Origin: Gekko japonicus
Taxonomy: Eukaryota
Direction: 5' to 3'
Assembly: GCF_001447785.1 (NCBI RefSeq)
Contig: NW_015164664.1
Coordinates: forward strand, 425,924 to 489,923
DNA length: 64,000 nt
Shown: positions 1 through 25,800 of the stretch, one piece after another
How positions within the stretch are numbered: the first letter of the stretch is position 1
Layout of the letters: each line of letters starts with the position of its first letter
The notes under the pieces: generated by a model
Databases searched by the model: none
What the model was told of the DNA's origin: nothing
Seen by the model: only the letters and a program-made list of their open reading frames with translations
Translations under genes and position numbers: made by a program

Positions 1-480
1 TTACCTGCAGCCTCTGGCACTGTTTGCCCCGGGGATGCTCCGTGCTCTGGGGGCAGAGGATCATTTTCACCGGCCTGCCGGGTTACCCCCCCTTCACTAC
101 ATAGATAGCACCAACTACCGGCCTCGGAGCTGCGACTAACCGGCGAAGCTCGCAAGTCCGGACAGCCCAGCCAGAGTCAAGCCGCCAGGGGGCGTGGCAC
201 TCTCGCGCCTCCAGCCAACCACTTCAAAGGGGGCGGGGACGGGAGAAGGCTCCCGGCCAATCGAGGGCGAGGGGCTGGGCCTCATTGAGGCTTGCGGCAG
301 GCTGCTTGTAAGACCACGTGGGGCCGAGCGGAAAGTTACCTGCCTGTCAAACGGAGAAACTCCGCCCATTTCAGGGGAAAGGGGTGGGCCAAAGGGTCCA
401 GCGTGGTGTCCCTTGACAGCTCTTAAGGGAGCCGTGTCGTATTTTTTTAGTATTTATTCTTTGACCGGAAAGACGTAAAT
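1..480 (-). promoter_or_regulatory. CpG-island promoter and probable first exon of an unidentified minus-strand gene
   Basis: GC/CpG-rich segment with a GC box (GGGGCGGGG ~229-238), CCAAT (~257-261) and E-box CACGTG (~315-320). Minus-strand donor CTGCAG|GTAA at 1-10. A possible short reading frame MILCPQSTEHPRGKQCQRLQ is not recognised. Confidence 0.55.
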
Positions 481-2918
481 TTCTTTTGCGTATTTTTTCC
501 CTACTGAGTAAAATGGGCATAAGACCGCAGCCTGCAAAGAGAGGACCAAGTTGTAGGGAGTTGGAACAACCAAAACACCACCCTACTTTAGCAAGAGGTA
601 TTTTGGTTATTTTAGAAGTCCTTGTTTATATGTAATGCATGTGATAACATGCTGTTGTTTATGGTTACAGTGTATATTACTGTAATTGTATATGGTAGCC
701 TGCAACAGAAACAAGATATTGGTGGTAACCTGAGAGTTTTATTACAATCTACTAATTCCAATTGCAGAGGTATTTCCTTCCCTTTCCACCACCTGCACAA
801 ATACTCCAGGTTCTTTTTCCAGGATCCTATAACCAGCAGCAAAATAGAACCATAGCTGCTTTAACCACCTCAGTTTCTCTCACTGATTATAGCCCTTAAA
901 ACATTCAATTGTGAGGGGAAAAATAATGCAAACCTAGCAAAGAGAGTTCTGGTGCCGGAGGCCAGACCTCATCTAGAAGCTCAGCTTCTAAGCACAAATG
1001 CATCTGGATGGCCTAGTCTATGATGAAAGCACTCTACATATGTACAAAGGACCTGAGATTCAAACCAGGCTTTGCTTCTGAACCTGGGAAGTGCACCTTC
1101 CATTCTCAGGAACTCACTATCCTTGCCTGTGAGTCCTCATCATTAGCCAATGCAACTTGAAGTAAGGACAGCAGCAAAACAAGCTTTGATTCTGTACTGG
1201 AATTACATGATGGAAGGTACAGAAGTATAGTTTGTTATAACGTGGCAAAAATCCTTTACATGAATTATTACAAAATAATATGCATATCGTTGTAAAGCCA
1301 GCAGATAAGGCAGGTACAATTTGCGTAATCCCCTCTGTTCATCATAAGTAAACATCTAAACATCATAAGTAAAAATCTAAACTGTGGGGGACAATACATT
1401 GTATACCTTCTGACCAATCACTCTTCCAATCCATATGCAAAATATTATGTGCACGTAGGACTACATGCTACTAAAAAATTAAAAGTGAGATTTTTAAAAA
1501 TACGCTGGACTTAATGGCAATATGTCCCTGATCACCAAGACCTGATTAGAAGACGTCTGGCAACTGGGGCAGAAGATATAATCCTGATTCAAATTGTGGT
1601 GCAGCACAGTGCAGTTTACTTCCCCACAGCAACTGCTTGCTGTACAGATGTGGATGGACTGAGGACTTGAGCCAATGTGCTTTGGCAGTCCCTTCCTGTG
1701 TGCCTTTGGGATGTCCCACAGCCATTCGGGCCCATGTTTCAAATTGGGTAGCAGCTTGCCTGGGAGGGGGTTGGCTGCACTGTGCACAACTGTGCAATGT
1801 TTGCCACATTAACTTGTAGTCATTAAAGGGTTGTGTTTTTTAAGAAGGGGAAAAGGGGACCCTATTAAGAAGCAGACAAATAAATCCTCACCCTTGCATC
1901 CCTTTGGAGTGACAACCCATTTTCTTTGGCGTAACACCATAGTATGCAGAGAAAATCTAGTTTAAAAATGGAAATGCAGCCCTAGTGCATCAGTTGTTTT
2001 GTTGCATTATGAGACACACAACCATGCTAAGCCAGGGTTCCTGTCAATTTTACAGATGTATCTAGATATGCTGAAGAGCTCTGCATAGCCCAAAAGCTTG
2101 CACCCAATCTTTTAAAGTGGCCAGGACATTACAGTCTTCCCACTTGTGCTGTTTTCTCATTCCATGAAAACCAAGATAGACAGCCCTGACACGGCTAACA
2201 TTACAGTATCTCTTGGGGGTTAATTTCCATTTTAACAGGCCTCTCATATTCAGTCTGATCAGAGCCTTTCTCTTAGGACACCATAAATTAGCACCTCTGC
2301 CTGATTTTGTACAGAAAGGAAATGACCAGCAGGATTTCTGCTTTTGTTGCATCTTAATCCTTGTGTTTTCTGCTCTCCCCACCGCTTGACTTCTAAGGCA
2401 CTGGAAATGCAAGCCCCCACCACCTTCACTAGGTTCCTCTGACTATTTTTCCGAAGAGAAAGGGCTACCAAACTGGCTCAGCGGGCATGCATCAGCGGGA
2501 GGAGGGAATGCACAAGCCTGTACAGGCCTTGCAACTGCCCATCAGTGCTATACACACACACACACACAGTGCTGTTTGCTGGGAGCTTCTTTTCACTGTG
2601 TTCTGGCAAATCCACTTTCTGCTGCAGCTTCCTTTCAGAGCTTCCAATCAGAAGCCTCCCTGGTGACATCAGCTTTAAAAACAGAAGGGCTCCAGCTCTG
2701 AATGCAAAATGGGTTCAATAGACAAGGCAGCTGCAATCAGCTCTCAGCTCCAAAGTGCTTTTCCCCAGCATCCCAAGGAAGATGGCAGGTCTGAACACCC
2801 TTGTAACTAAAGATGCTTTTATTCAAGCACAGGAGCAGAATGGTGGTGAGCTCCGGCAGCCCAGCATTTGTGCCCCACAGACCCCTCCCAGCTCCCTCTG
2901 GCCATGTTTCGACCCTTC

Positions 2919-13956
<11,038 letters not shown>

Positions 13957-16664
13957 GCCTTAGCTGCCTTTTGCACTGCTGGAGACCTCTCTTCATGTTG
14001 AGCAGCCCCAGGGCCACTGTGACATCTTGTAACCTCACAATGTGGAACTCTCTGCGAGGGCAACAATAGCACAATTTCTGCAGCTGTCCAGATCTGGCCA
14101 CTGGAAGGAACAACAGTTAGACTTTGTTGGGAGGAGATGGTTAAGTCAGCCTCAGAGTCATGATTATCTTTACTTGGATGAAGTTTACATTATCCAAGTA
14201 AACATAAGAATGCTGAGAGTCCCAGCTTTATTAGGGCAAACCAAACCATGATTAGGACCTTGAAAGCACAGGGTTTGCACAGGAAGCAGAGCAGGAGGTT
14301 GAGGATAAAAGGTACTAGGCTAAGCTGTTGGCAAAGCCAGCTTGCAGTTTGTAAATATGCAGATGAAGATCTCCTGAGAGGCATTGCGGTCAAAGGACTA
14401 GGAGGGCCAGCAGACAAACGCAGAAAAGGAAAGGAGATAAGGGCATCAGGGTGGGAATGCCCAATAGGGTGAAAAATGTAGGGAAGGGGTGGTAGACAAG
14501 GGCAAGAAAATGTTCTAATTGAAAGTGTATTCAATGCATCATGGGGTTGGTAGTCTTGAAACTGCATAAACAACTGATTGTGCTAATATTTTATTCATAA
14601 TATTAATACATTGCATTCTTATAAAATCCTTTTCATTTTTTGCTATCTAATTAGTCATTCACCTCAGTGGGTTGGTCCTCCAACGAAGACAGAAAGTGTT
14701 GGACAGGTTCATATGGGAGCCAGCAGTTCTATAGGTTGCTTGACATCACTCTGTACCAGGAAAGCCAAACCTCCTGATTCAAATTTTGAGATCATTAGGC
14801 ACAGAGGAGAGCAGGGGCAATCGTCTGCGACTCTTAGTAGGCTGTACAAGAGCAGAAGACAACTGGAGAATAGACATGGGAATTGTAACCAGCTCTCTCC
14901 ACCAGAAAAAATATTGCAGAACAAGATTATAGTGGTTAAATTAGCAGGGAAGGGTTAAAACATGAGAAGAATGTGAGTGTTGTGGAAAGACAGACTACTC
15001 CTTGTTGTGGTTGTGACCCCACTGAAATATGTCCAGGGCAGATGTATGGCACTTCGATAAAAGCAGCATGGATTTCAGCAAAACAAGCAATCAGTGCTGG
15101 AACAATACCCAGCACTGACATAACGATAAATGTTGAGCTGAGTCTCAGCAACAACCTGACAAAGCCAACTGAATGGAAGGTGGAGATGGATAGGGCAAAG
15201 TTGCCCCTAGCCAGGGACCCATGGGAGGGAAGGGGCTACAGCTAATGATCTTCCTAGCCCTACATGTACAACTCCAACCCCCCTCCCTTGCCAATAAACC
15301 CAGTTAGTTGCCACTCTATCATGCTTCAGCTACCCAAACTCCCCCTTTAAAGAAGATCTACCATCATAAGGTGCCAGCAGCCTTGACCCAGAATTCTGGC
15401 AGCAGGGCTACTATAGCAGTTTGCCGATATAGAAAACTACTAGCCTGATATCTGCAGCATTACTGTTGTTGATGGTTGGAGGATGCACTGTGGATTTCAG
15501 CCCAGCAGAATCAGAGTGGCCTGAAGAGCCAGTTGGGTCTCATCTGTCCTCATGGAATTGCTGACACTGGCCTGGCTAATAAGTCTCAGACTAGACAGCT
15601 TATTGTTCAGTTACAAGCTAAACTGCTTCCAGACCACCAGCTTCCCTCTAAGCTATCTCTCGTCCTGACTCCCATGTGTCATGCAGGGCTGGGAGGAAGA
15701 TGCATGGCAGCGTATGACTGGAAAGCAGGACTTCCATCAGACTTTGAGGCCAAGCATGAAGGAAAGTCAAGCCCACAGAAGATGATCTTGAACCCTGTAA
15801 GGAAAGTATCTGTGGAGGAATTGCAGCTATGAGGAATGGAACATGTCATGTAGGCGGTGACGTGGAGTCTTTTCACCCTTCCCATGAGGAAAGCATTCCT
15901 GTTGAAACAGACATGCGGAAACTAAGAGTCTTTGTTCTGAAGCAATGCATTAACCATTGTAGTGAGATGATTATTCTCCCCTATAACCAATCTCTACAGG
16001 TGCCCTCTAACTAAAGAGAAATCAGGTTTGTTCCAGATATCAAGTGAAAACTTTGTATCCCAGCCAATGTTCCCTCCAAGTTGCAGAGTCTTGTGAGCAA
16101 AAATTCTACTTTGCGAGCTACTGGCAGTAAAGCTGTGGGCGAGTGCTTTTGCTGCTGCATTAATTAGTTTGCTCTGGAGCCCTCCTTCCTGAGCTAAGAC
16201 AAAAAGTGTGAGCCGGCGGCTAAAAAACTGAGCTCACACTAACTCAGCTTAGAGGGAACACTGATTCCCAGCCCACTTACATGAAACTCACATGGCTCTG
16301 CCAAAATTAGGTACCCCTGAAAGCATGACAGAACACCTCTAAGCTTAGAATGAATGTCCCACAGAAATAACTGCAGCAAATGTGTGTTGTGTTTGTTCTT
16401 CATATTGTAAAACTTAGTTCTTCTGGGGATAAATGTATTCATTCATAGTTATGTATCCCAAGGATGTAACAGTGCACACATTGCTGTGAAACAAAGCAGA
16501 CAGATGTTCTGCAGAAATCATCAGTCTTCTGTCCAGTCTTCTGTACCATTAGCAGACAGGGTAAGCGACAGCAGCAGTGTGAGGAAAGCGTGTCTGAGGA
16601 GAGCCATAACACAAGCTCTAGCCAGGAAACATCCCAGACTTGCAAGTGACTAGTCCTACAGGCT

Positions 16665-16850
16665 CTATTCAATGTCAGTCTTGGAGATGAGGTCCACAGA
16701 AACTCCAGGCACCTCCCCAGCCTTGCCCAGGATGTCACTGCCCAGAGGCAAATATCCCCCACCAGGGAGCAATTCTGTGACATGGCAGATGCTTTCACGG
16801 TAGCTTGGCTTGAAACTCTCCACGGCATCCTTGGGGACCCCGGCCCACTC
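16665..16850 (-). CDS. IL2RG: IL2RG exon 8 (EWAGVPKDAVESFKPSYRESICHVTEL...TDIE*)
   Basis: attttcctag acceptor, phase 0, TAG at 16665-16667; homologous to human [27 protein letters not shown]. Confidence 0.92.
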   Translation of the reverse strand, partial: EWAGVPKDAVESFKPSYRESICHVTELLPGGGYLPLGSDILGKAGEVPGVSVDLISKTDIE

Positions 16851-19800
16851 CTAGGAAAATAAATGGCATGTTGAGAAGAACACACCTCTCCCTACCCCTG
16901 AGGTTTCCCCACCTGTCTCCCCTGGAAGTTTTCTGGTTCTGTATATTGGATGGTTTTTTTTCTACGTGCTAGAACTTCTTTTCTCTTTGCCTGCCTCCAC
17001 CTGCTCAGAGGACATGTGACACAGAACCCTGAGGCCTACTCATGGAAACAGGGAGACCAAGGGCCTACCTAGAAGGGGATTCTGGGACGTCTGTGTCTGA
17101 AACTTCCCAAGCAGGGTTGCCAGCCTCCAGGTGGGGCTTGGAGCTGTCCTGGAGTTACAGCTGACCTCCAGACTACAGAGGTCAGGTCCTCTGGAGAAAA
17201 TGGCAGCCTTGGAGGCTTGACATATCTCTACTGGGCTTCTACAACCCAAGCCCCACCTTTCTATCCTAAAACCTCCAGGAATTTCCCCAGAATTTGCAAC
17301 CCTATCCTCTAGCATACTTTCTTTGTAAATAGCAGTTGCTCGGGGCCATGACTCGGTTCAGGACCATGGCACAGAAGGAGGGTTAATACGCACACACACA
17401 GCTGCCTTGACACCCATGGTCAGTCACAGCCTCACATCAGAGACTGCAAAATCAACTGAATTCTCTTTGAAGCTTGTTCTGCATCCTTCTTAAGCAAGGC
17501 ATGCCCTGATCAGGATGGCGGAGGTTTAGGGATGCCAGCCTCCAGGTGGGACTTGGGGATCCCCCAGAACTACAGCTCATTTCCAGACTACAAAGATCAG
17601 TTCCCCAGGAGAAGATGGATGTTTTGGGGGTGGACTCTATGGCATTGTAGCCAACCGAAATCCCTCTCCTCCCCAGGCTCCATCCCCAAATCTCCAGGAG
17701 TTTCCCAAACTGGTTCTGGCAACCCTACGTTCCCCCCATCTCCCGCCTGTGGCTGCGGGGAGCTGGCAATCCTACCTAGGTTGGCCTGATCTCATCAGAT
17801 CTTGGAAGCTAAGTAGGTTTGGCCCTGGGTAGTACTTGAATGGGAGACCACCGAGGACGTCCAGGCAGGGTCTCTGTGCTGAGGCAGGCAATGGCAAAGT
17901 CGGCTGTGACTTGACAGCACTTTCCACCCCCACCTAAGCAGGGCACAGACCATTGCTTTGGGGGCCCCATAACAGCAGGAAAGGGCCCCAAAGGTTCTTA
18001 CTGAGAAGTTGCCTTGGTAGGCTGTGAAGAGCTCTTCAAATTTGTTGCTAGGGTTGGGAATTTTGGGCATCAGGACCAGCCATACCCTGGAAAAAGAGAG
18101 AGAGGGTTAGATGTGGCACAGCTGCAGGGTTTTCACAGTATAGCTTGCAAGTCCCTCTCGGCCTTTCTTTGCAAAGGCCTCAGCCTCCATACAGAGGCTA
18201 ATGGAAGGATTATCCCCTGGAGATCTAAAGGGGTGGCTATTCATCAGGAAAGCATACATCTAGAGCAATAGCTTGTTAGAGCTCATTCACAAAAACCAAT
18301 TCCACCCTTTCAGCAAAGCAGCAATTTGCATTTTTGGCACAGGGTCAAGATAGGGATGCCAGCCTCCAGGTGGGAGTTGAGGATCCCCCCAAATTACAGC
18401 TCATCTCCAGACTACGGCAAGCAGTTCCCCTGGAGAAAATGGATGCTTTGGAGGGTGGACTCTGTGGCACTGTACCCCACTGAGGTCCCTGTCCTCCCCA
18501 GGCCCCATCCCCAAATCTCCAGGAGTTTCCCAACCTGGATCTGGCAACTCTACCGCCCTATCCCCTACTGATGGCCATGGGGGACCTGGCAAACCCTAAG
18601 GTCAAATTAGTTTCCAGCCCATGATGGGGAAAAAGCTACCTCTTCACTTATGAAAAAACATTTTGGCTGAGAGGCAGAGCAAATGTAGACCCCATGTGCT
18701 AGGGTCCCAGTGGCTTCACTGGCCCGTAGGGTCCTGGGTTTTGGTCTTGTAGCCAACCTTTGATCTGCCCCAGACAACCAAATCTCCCTCCCACCTGCAA
18801 TTGTGCATCCTCTTTAATACGTTATTGTTTATTCATTTATTTATTTTATTGCATTTATACCCTGCCCTCCCCGCGAATGGGCTCAGGGCGGCTCACGTAG
18901 GGCACTAAGTGCGTACAGTATACAAAATTACAAAATACAAAATTCAAAATATGGATTTTTAAAAATACTTTTGGAATTGTTCTTGTGAATGAAAATGTAA
19001 ACGGAGCGTCTCCCATTTGTACTAGCTCTATACTCATGTTACTTGGCTGTCGCTTCCTAGAGGTAATGCTGGTGAAATTCTAGGCAATTTTCGTTTGTGC
19101 TGTTCATTGTATATAGATTATAGTGTTTTTTATTGCATCGTTCCCTAATCTTGTGATCCTGCTTTATTGTATGTGCTGCTTTTAGTACACTGCCATCTAG
19201 GTGTATAATCCAGTGTTACTGTGTTGTTTTCTTTTATGTGGCATTCTGTATTCTATGTAATCCACTTTGAATCTCAGCAAGAAAGGTGGACCATAAATGA
19301 ATAAATAAATATAGAAGAAGAGTCCTTCACTACCCAAAGGAGTCTCAGAGCAGCTTGCAATCACCTTCCCTTCCTCTCCACACAACAGACACCCTGTGAG
19401 GTAGGTGGGGCTGAGAGAGCTGTGACTCACCCAAGGTCACCCAGCTGGCTTCATGTGGAGCAGTGGGGAATCAAACCCGGTTCTCCAGATTAGAGTCCGC
19501 TGCTCTGAACCATTATATCATGCTGGCCCATCCTGGGCATTTTGAAACCTTACTTGTCAGTCTAGGCCAGGTGTCTCCAGCCTTTCTGAGCCTGCAGGAA
19601 TTCTGAGACAGTGTGGTGGGTACAACCACAAACTGACTGCCACAAAAATGGCTACTGCAGGAGGTGGAGCCAGCCACAAAAAGTTACCTTCAGTTACACA
19701 GTGAAGATCCTTATGCTGTGGGGATCGCTGCTGCCAATGCAACATTTAAAAAAAACAATCTGCACAATCAATCAAATCTTCAGCGGCCAATAAGAAGCCT

Positions 19801-22800
19801 CGCTGGTCAAGAGCATCACTTGGCCCCACCCACTTCCTAGAAGCACTTGATTTGCATATGGAAAGGTGTTGGCAGGCTCCAGGGCATTCACTGCCACCAC
19901 AATGGGGACCCCCGGGGTCTAGGCTGAGCAGCGAGTGGAGTCCATATCTATGCCTTGATAAGTGCAACATACTGACCCCCCCCTATTGCCAACCCTCTCC
20001 CATACATCCCTTGAGCCCTGCCAAATAGCAGAGAAAGAAAGATGTAGAAGGATGGGAAGAGTAGCTGGCCTTGCTGCTGAGCTGACTTGAAGACTGGGGG
20101 AGGGGCTTGGCTCCCCTCCCCCACTGCCTCGTAGCACCATCCTGGAACATCGTCAGCCCCTGGGCTGGGCGGCTTGCTCAGCTCACCTCTCCACGCGCAT
20201 CAGGGTTAAGAAGAGCAGGATCAGGAGCAAAAAGGAGCCAATCGGGAACACGACATTTTGGATCCAGAACCACACGGCAGTGTTCTTATCTTCAGAGCCT
20301 GCAAAGTAGAATAGTCCAGGGCAATAGTCCTCTAAGCTGTGGAGTCCTGAGAGCAAAAATTCTACTTTCTGAGCTACCAGCATTAAAGTTGTGAGCAGGT
20401 GATCTGGCTACTGCATAAATTAGTTTGCTCTGGAGCCATCCTTCCTGAGCTAAAACAAAAATGTGTGAGCTGGAGGTTAAAAAACTATGAGCTAGCTCGT
20501 ACTAAGTCAGCTTAGAGGGAACACTGGTCCAGAGATGGGTCTCCGAGAGGAACAGGGCTAGCCTCACATGGGGATTTCTGCCTCCTGCAATCTCTGAAAG
20601 AGTGNNNNNNNNNNNNNNNNNNNNNNNNNNNNNNNNNNNNNNNNNNNNNNNNNNNNNNNNNNNNNNNNNNNNNNNNNNNNNNNNNNNNNNNNNNNNNNNN
20701 NNNNNNTAAAGCTTGCTGTATTGGGGTCTACGATCTCCTGTACGCAGGGGTCATTTCGTAGAAAAAGAGGTGCAGGAGCTTATTAGCACAACTCATTAGC
20801 ATAACTTATTTGCATATGCCACACCCCCTGACATCGTCGGAAGTGTGTCAGAAGGCAGCACCCACTGCTCAGGCTCCACCCCAAAAATCTCCAGGTATTT
20901 CCCAACTCAGATTCAAACCTGGGTCTCCTGAATCCTTGTCTGGAACACTAACCACTACACAACACTTCACGGGGCAGCGGCTGTTGAGCAGTAGCAGGCA
21001 GCTGGGCCTGCATGAGTTATGCAAGTTGCATGGTCCCTGCTGTCAGGCCTGACATGCTCTCACCCCCTGACAGAACCAAATGCTTGAAGGCTGGGAGAGA
21101 TAGTAATTAAAAGGGTACTGTTTATAGCAGTCTTGAGGAGCATGCGTTCTATTGCACCTTCACACACATTAAGACCAGACAATCCCAAACAGACATCACC
21201 CCAGCAGCCATGTACACAATGCATCCCATGTTCGCCATCTACCATCAAGACAAGTCATTGATCACTCCCCCTGGACCCTGGCATCCCCACCCTCATTCAG
21301 CCCCAGCCCCCTCCCTTCACCTCACACTGCTCCGCTTGTGCTTCTACTCGGAAGTAAGTAAGGGTTCTTTTAAAAATTATCCCCCCCTAATTTAAATGCC
21401 TTCCTGTTATGTGCGTGGACCACCACCAGGGGTCCGTGGCTACAGACAAGAGCTTAGCTCCTACAGACAATAGGAACTTAGGATCCTAGTTCCCCCAGCA
21501 TGAACCAATAGGAACTTTGGCGGGAAATTCAAACCCTCCAATGGGACTGTTCCTATCTATACCTTGTGGCTAATAGCCACTGATGGATTTCTGCTCCATA
21601 TGATTATCCAATCCGCTCTGGAAGCTGACTTTGCTTGTAGCCACCACCACTTCATGTGACAGTGAATTCCATGTGCCCCAAAATAAATCCTGGCTACTGG
21701 CCTGGGGAGAACCCTCTCCCAGCTCCCCCTCCTCCAGGCAGGCAAGCTGCGGGGCCGGGCCATGCCTTCTCCGCCTCCCGACCAGCCGGCCAGCGCAGCC
21801 AGCGGTGCTTCCAGCCCAGCCCTGATTCAAGCCCCTCTCCGCTGCTCCGTGCTGCCAAGTCAGATGATGAGGCCATGGGGGAAGGCAAGGAGAGGCCTGC
21901 AGGGCTGCTGGCTGGCAGACAGGGAAAGGGCGGCGGCAGAGAGTCCTCCAGGCAGCCCAGAGAGTCAGGGGGCCTGCGCTGCCAAGGAAGTCAGGGGGCC
22001 TTAGCAGGAAGATAGGGGGCGGGNNNNNNNNNNNNNNNNNNNNNNNNNNNNNNNNNNNNNNNNNNNNNNNNNNNNNNNNNNNNNNNNNNNNNNNNNNNNN
22101 NNNNNNNNNNNNNNNNNNNNNNNNNNNNGGAGGTCCAGCAGTGGGGCCAGGACACTAGAAGCCCTCCCACTGTTGCCCCCCCCCCCAAGCACCAAGAATA
22201 CAGAGCATCACTTGCCCCAGCCTGAGAGTTCCTATCTATACCTTGTGGCTAATAGCCACTGATGGATTTCTGCTCCATATGATTATCCAATCCGCTCTGG
22301 AAGCTGACTTTGCTTGTAGCCACCACCACTTCTTGGGACAGTGAATTCCATGTGTTAATCATTCTTTGGGTGAAGAAGTACTTCCTTTTATCTGTTCTAA
22401 CCCAACTGCTCAGCAATTTCATAGAGTGCCCACGAGTTCTTGTATTGTGAGAAAGGGAGAAAAGTACTTCTTTCTCAACCTGCTCTATCCCATGCATAAT
22501 CTTATAAACCTTGATCATGTCACCCCTCAGCCATTGTTTCCCCAAGCTAAAGAGCCCCAAGCGTTAACCTTTCTTCATAGGAAAAGTGTTCCAACCCTTT
22601 TATCATTCTAGTTGCCCTTTTCTGCATTTTTTCTAGTGCTATAATATCCTTTTTGAAATGTGGTGACCAGAACTGTACACAGTACTCCAAATGAGGTCGC
22701 ACCATCGATTTATACAGGGACTTGAAATGACCCCTGCCTGTACGGCACATTTTACCATACCAAATAAATGCCAAAGAGCAGTAGTCATGGGCTTGCACAC

Positions 22801-25800
22801 CTGAAACTCCATCCAAATCTCTGAGACAGGCCTTCCCACAGATTAACTCTGATCTCACCAGTTCAACAACTCCAAAATCTTTCTAAACCCCCAGTTCAAG
22901 AAATGATGCAGAAAACACTGGCAGAAAGCCCTGTAGCAAACATTTCTGGAAGAAACCCTGATTGCACTGGAAGCCACGAGGTCTCACTATGATCCAGCCC
23001 AGTTGAGCACTTTAGCTATTTCCAGCATAGAATCTGATGCTTTCATTGCCTTCAAGCCTGAGGTAGGAGGACATCTTGCTGTTGTTGCTTGTGAGAAAGA
23101 CATCCTTGCCAACAAACAATAAACAAACAGGGATTTCTGTTTCAGGGTCTTAGAGATGGATCATAAAAGTTGCACACTCTGTATAGCCCCAGCAGGTGGA
23201 GACGGTGCTTCTACCAGACAAGTCATTCAGGGTCCATGCCCTGTGAAGTTCCATGGAAGCAACTCTGCTTAGTATTTGAAACAGAGAGAAGGCAGAGTGC
23301 AGGAAATGTTAAACACACATGTGTCAAAGATGCAACCCTCCTTTCCTTTTCTAATGGAACAAATAATTTCTGATGTAGAATTCCACTTCCCATTGTTTTA
23401 AAAATAAATGGAGGTGTTCAGAGTGGTTAAATATGTATTAGTACAAAATGGGCACAGTAAAAAAGGGGGAGAGAATTTTTTTAAAGTAGCAACAGACTGC
23501 TATCTTGTTCTGCAACCAGCTCCTACCCAAAGGAAGGCTGCTTGATATTATCAGAATGTTTCAAAACCACATGAGAAAAAGCAGCACAAAAAGCAGTCCT
23601 CCATGCAATGGTCTTCACACTTCCTCCCCCAAAGTCCTTCCTTTTTTCCTTTTTTGGGGGGGGCTGTGGCTACCCACACTGGCAACCCCTTCTCATTGCC
23701 TCCTCAATTTCTGACGTTCCACTCCTTGGCCACATACTCAGATTGTTCTTCCCTTCCTGGCCTTCCTGCACACGACACTCCCACATGGTGGCTGCACAAG
23801 TTGAGTTTCCATTGCTGATCTGAACCAGACCCAGAGTAGCTAATGTTGCTGTTGCTGCTCCATCAAGGGCCAAAAGAGTGCCTGCAAAGTCAGCGGCAGG
23901 GCAAGGCAAGGCACTGAATGGCCCCTTTGAGAACTGCAAGCAGCCTTAAGGTCACCCAGCAAATCCCCTTAGCTAATACCTATCTGGTGCTGCTTGCCTC
24001 AGCTGGTGCCTTTGCAAATCTGTCCTGCATGTACACTTTGACAACATTTGCATCCCCTGCACCGCCAACTAAATGTCCCTAAAATTCAGTCTTATGGTTC
24101 TGTGCCATCTTTAGAGGCTTAGGGCAGCAACCAAGACCACAACCTAGTGCATCTTAGAGATGTGTCAGTGTATCCCCACCACCACAGCAGTGAAATGTTG
24201 CACCAGCATATCCCTGAAGCTGACACAATTCTGTCAGCATAGGGACCAGAACTGGGTGACATAAGGGGATGGGGGTCAGGGTGGATCAGGACTTAATGTA
24301 CTAAGCTCACAACAACCTGAATTCCACCTCCAGCTCCAGCTTATGGTCATGCTGGAGTAAGTCAAAGTATTTCCACTGGACTCAATAAGAGGGGGAAACG
24401 ACTGCTCCCTCCACTGCCTCCCACCCACTTACAAAGCCACTGAAGTCTGACTAACTCTGGAGTCAATCATCACTCATTTATATTCAGTGTACAAGTCCTG
24501 GCCAGGACACCCATAAGATGGGAAGGTCAGGTGTATGGCATGCAGGCAGCTCTCTTGGCCTAATATTATACAAACTTAAGAAGCCTCAAGAGGGAACTGT
24601 AGTGATAGGAACTTTTAATGTGGAGAAAGGACACTTTGCATAAACAACAAAGGCTGGGAGCTGGAGTAGCAGAACCCCAAGCAATGTTTTGGAGAAAGTA
24701 ATATATAAATATGTTACACAGAACAGCGTCAGGGCTAGAAGAATGATCTGTGATTCAGGAGGTCAACAGTTTAAACACTGTGATGAACTCACTAGGTGAC
24801 CTTAGGTGAGCCACTTTTTCTCAGCTTCACCCCAAGCAATATGGGGAGAATAAAATAACCCCACTTTACAAGGTTGTTGTAAGAGTTAAAAGATAACTAG
24901 TGGGGGATCCACAGGGATTTACAGGGAACATTTCATTTTCTTCTGTCTTCTACTCCCTATTTCCTCTTTTCATTCCCTGGTAGACCCAAAAACTCTTCTA
25001 TTTTTCTGCTTCTTTCTCTTCTTCTTTCTCTCCTTCTTCTCTCTGGGCCAGCAACAGGCTCCCATTGCAGAATGTCCACCCAGTCCACCTCTGCTCCCCC
25101 TTGGCTTTTCTAAACAGACATCAAAGCTTGGAAAACTCAGCATGCACTATTGTTGTGATTGCCTATCAACCTCCAAAATGGCAACTGAGAGCTCAGTGAG
25201 CATTCTTTTCTTAAAGGAATAGGCTTTGCTTCTGCTGTTTTAGGGCATTCTTATTTTATTTAACACTGTTCTTATTGGCAATAATGATAGATAATAATAA
25301 AATCGTATTTGGGGAGTTTTAATCCCCTGATTTTTTAAAAAAGATCTCAGAATTTTCTGCATACTTGGATCTTTGTTCCAGTCTGCAAAGAATCCCCCCC
25401 CCCCCATCTATCCCTACTTCCCTTTTCTGGATCTGTTAATCCACACTGTATGGCCAGGTTCAGAATTGGATGTATGGTGTGTGAAGTGCACTGAACATTA
25501 AAAGTGCTACATTAATGCCAAGTATTACTAAGCCTAACAGAATTTTTAAACTGGTCCCCTTAGCTGTCCCTTTAATATCACTTTAATCTGCAGCAAGTTC
25601 TAGGTGACCATCCCTACCATGACAAGTTTCACCTGCCCATTCAAACACATCTACCCTCTATTAAAGGGACAAGACATTTTCCTCTAGGCCTGTTGACAAC
25701 TCTACTCATAGGGATACCAGCCTCCAGGTGGGACCCAGGGTTCCCCCCAGAAGTACAGCTCATTTCAAGACTACAGAGAGCAGTTGCCCTGGAGAAAACG

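Noticed and set aside
17784-17870. 5S rRNA gene (also 7699-7780)
   Set aside because: Partial, diverged and fused to a SINE body; these are SINE heads, not rRNA genes.
21549-22352. Duplicated CR1 segment (about 21549-21675 versus 22229-22352)
   Set aside because: Near-identical copies lie on either side of an N gap, so this is probably an assembly or gap-filling artefact.
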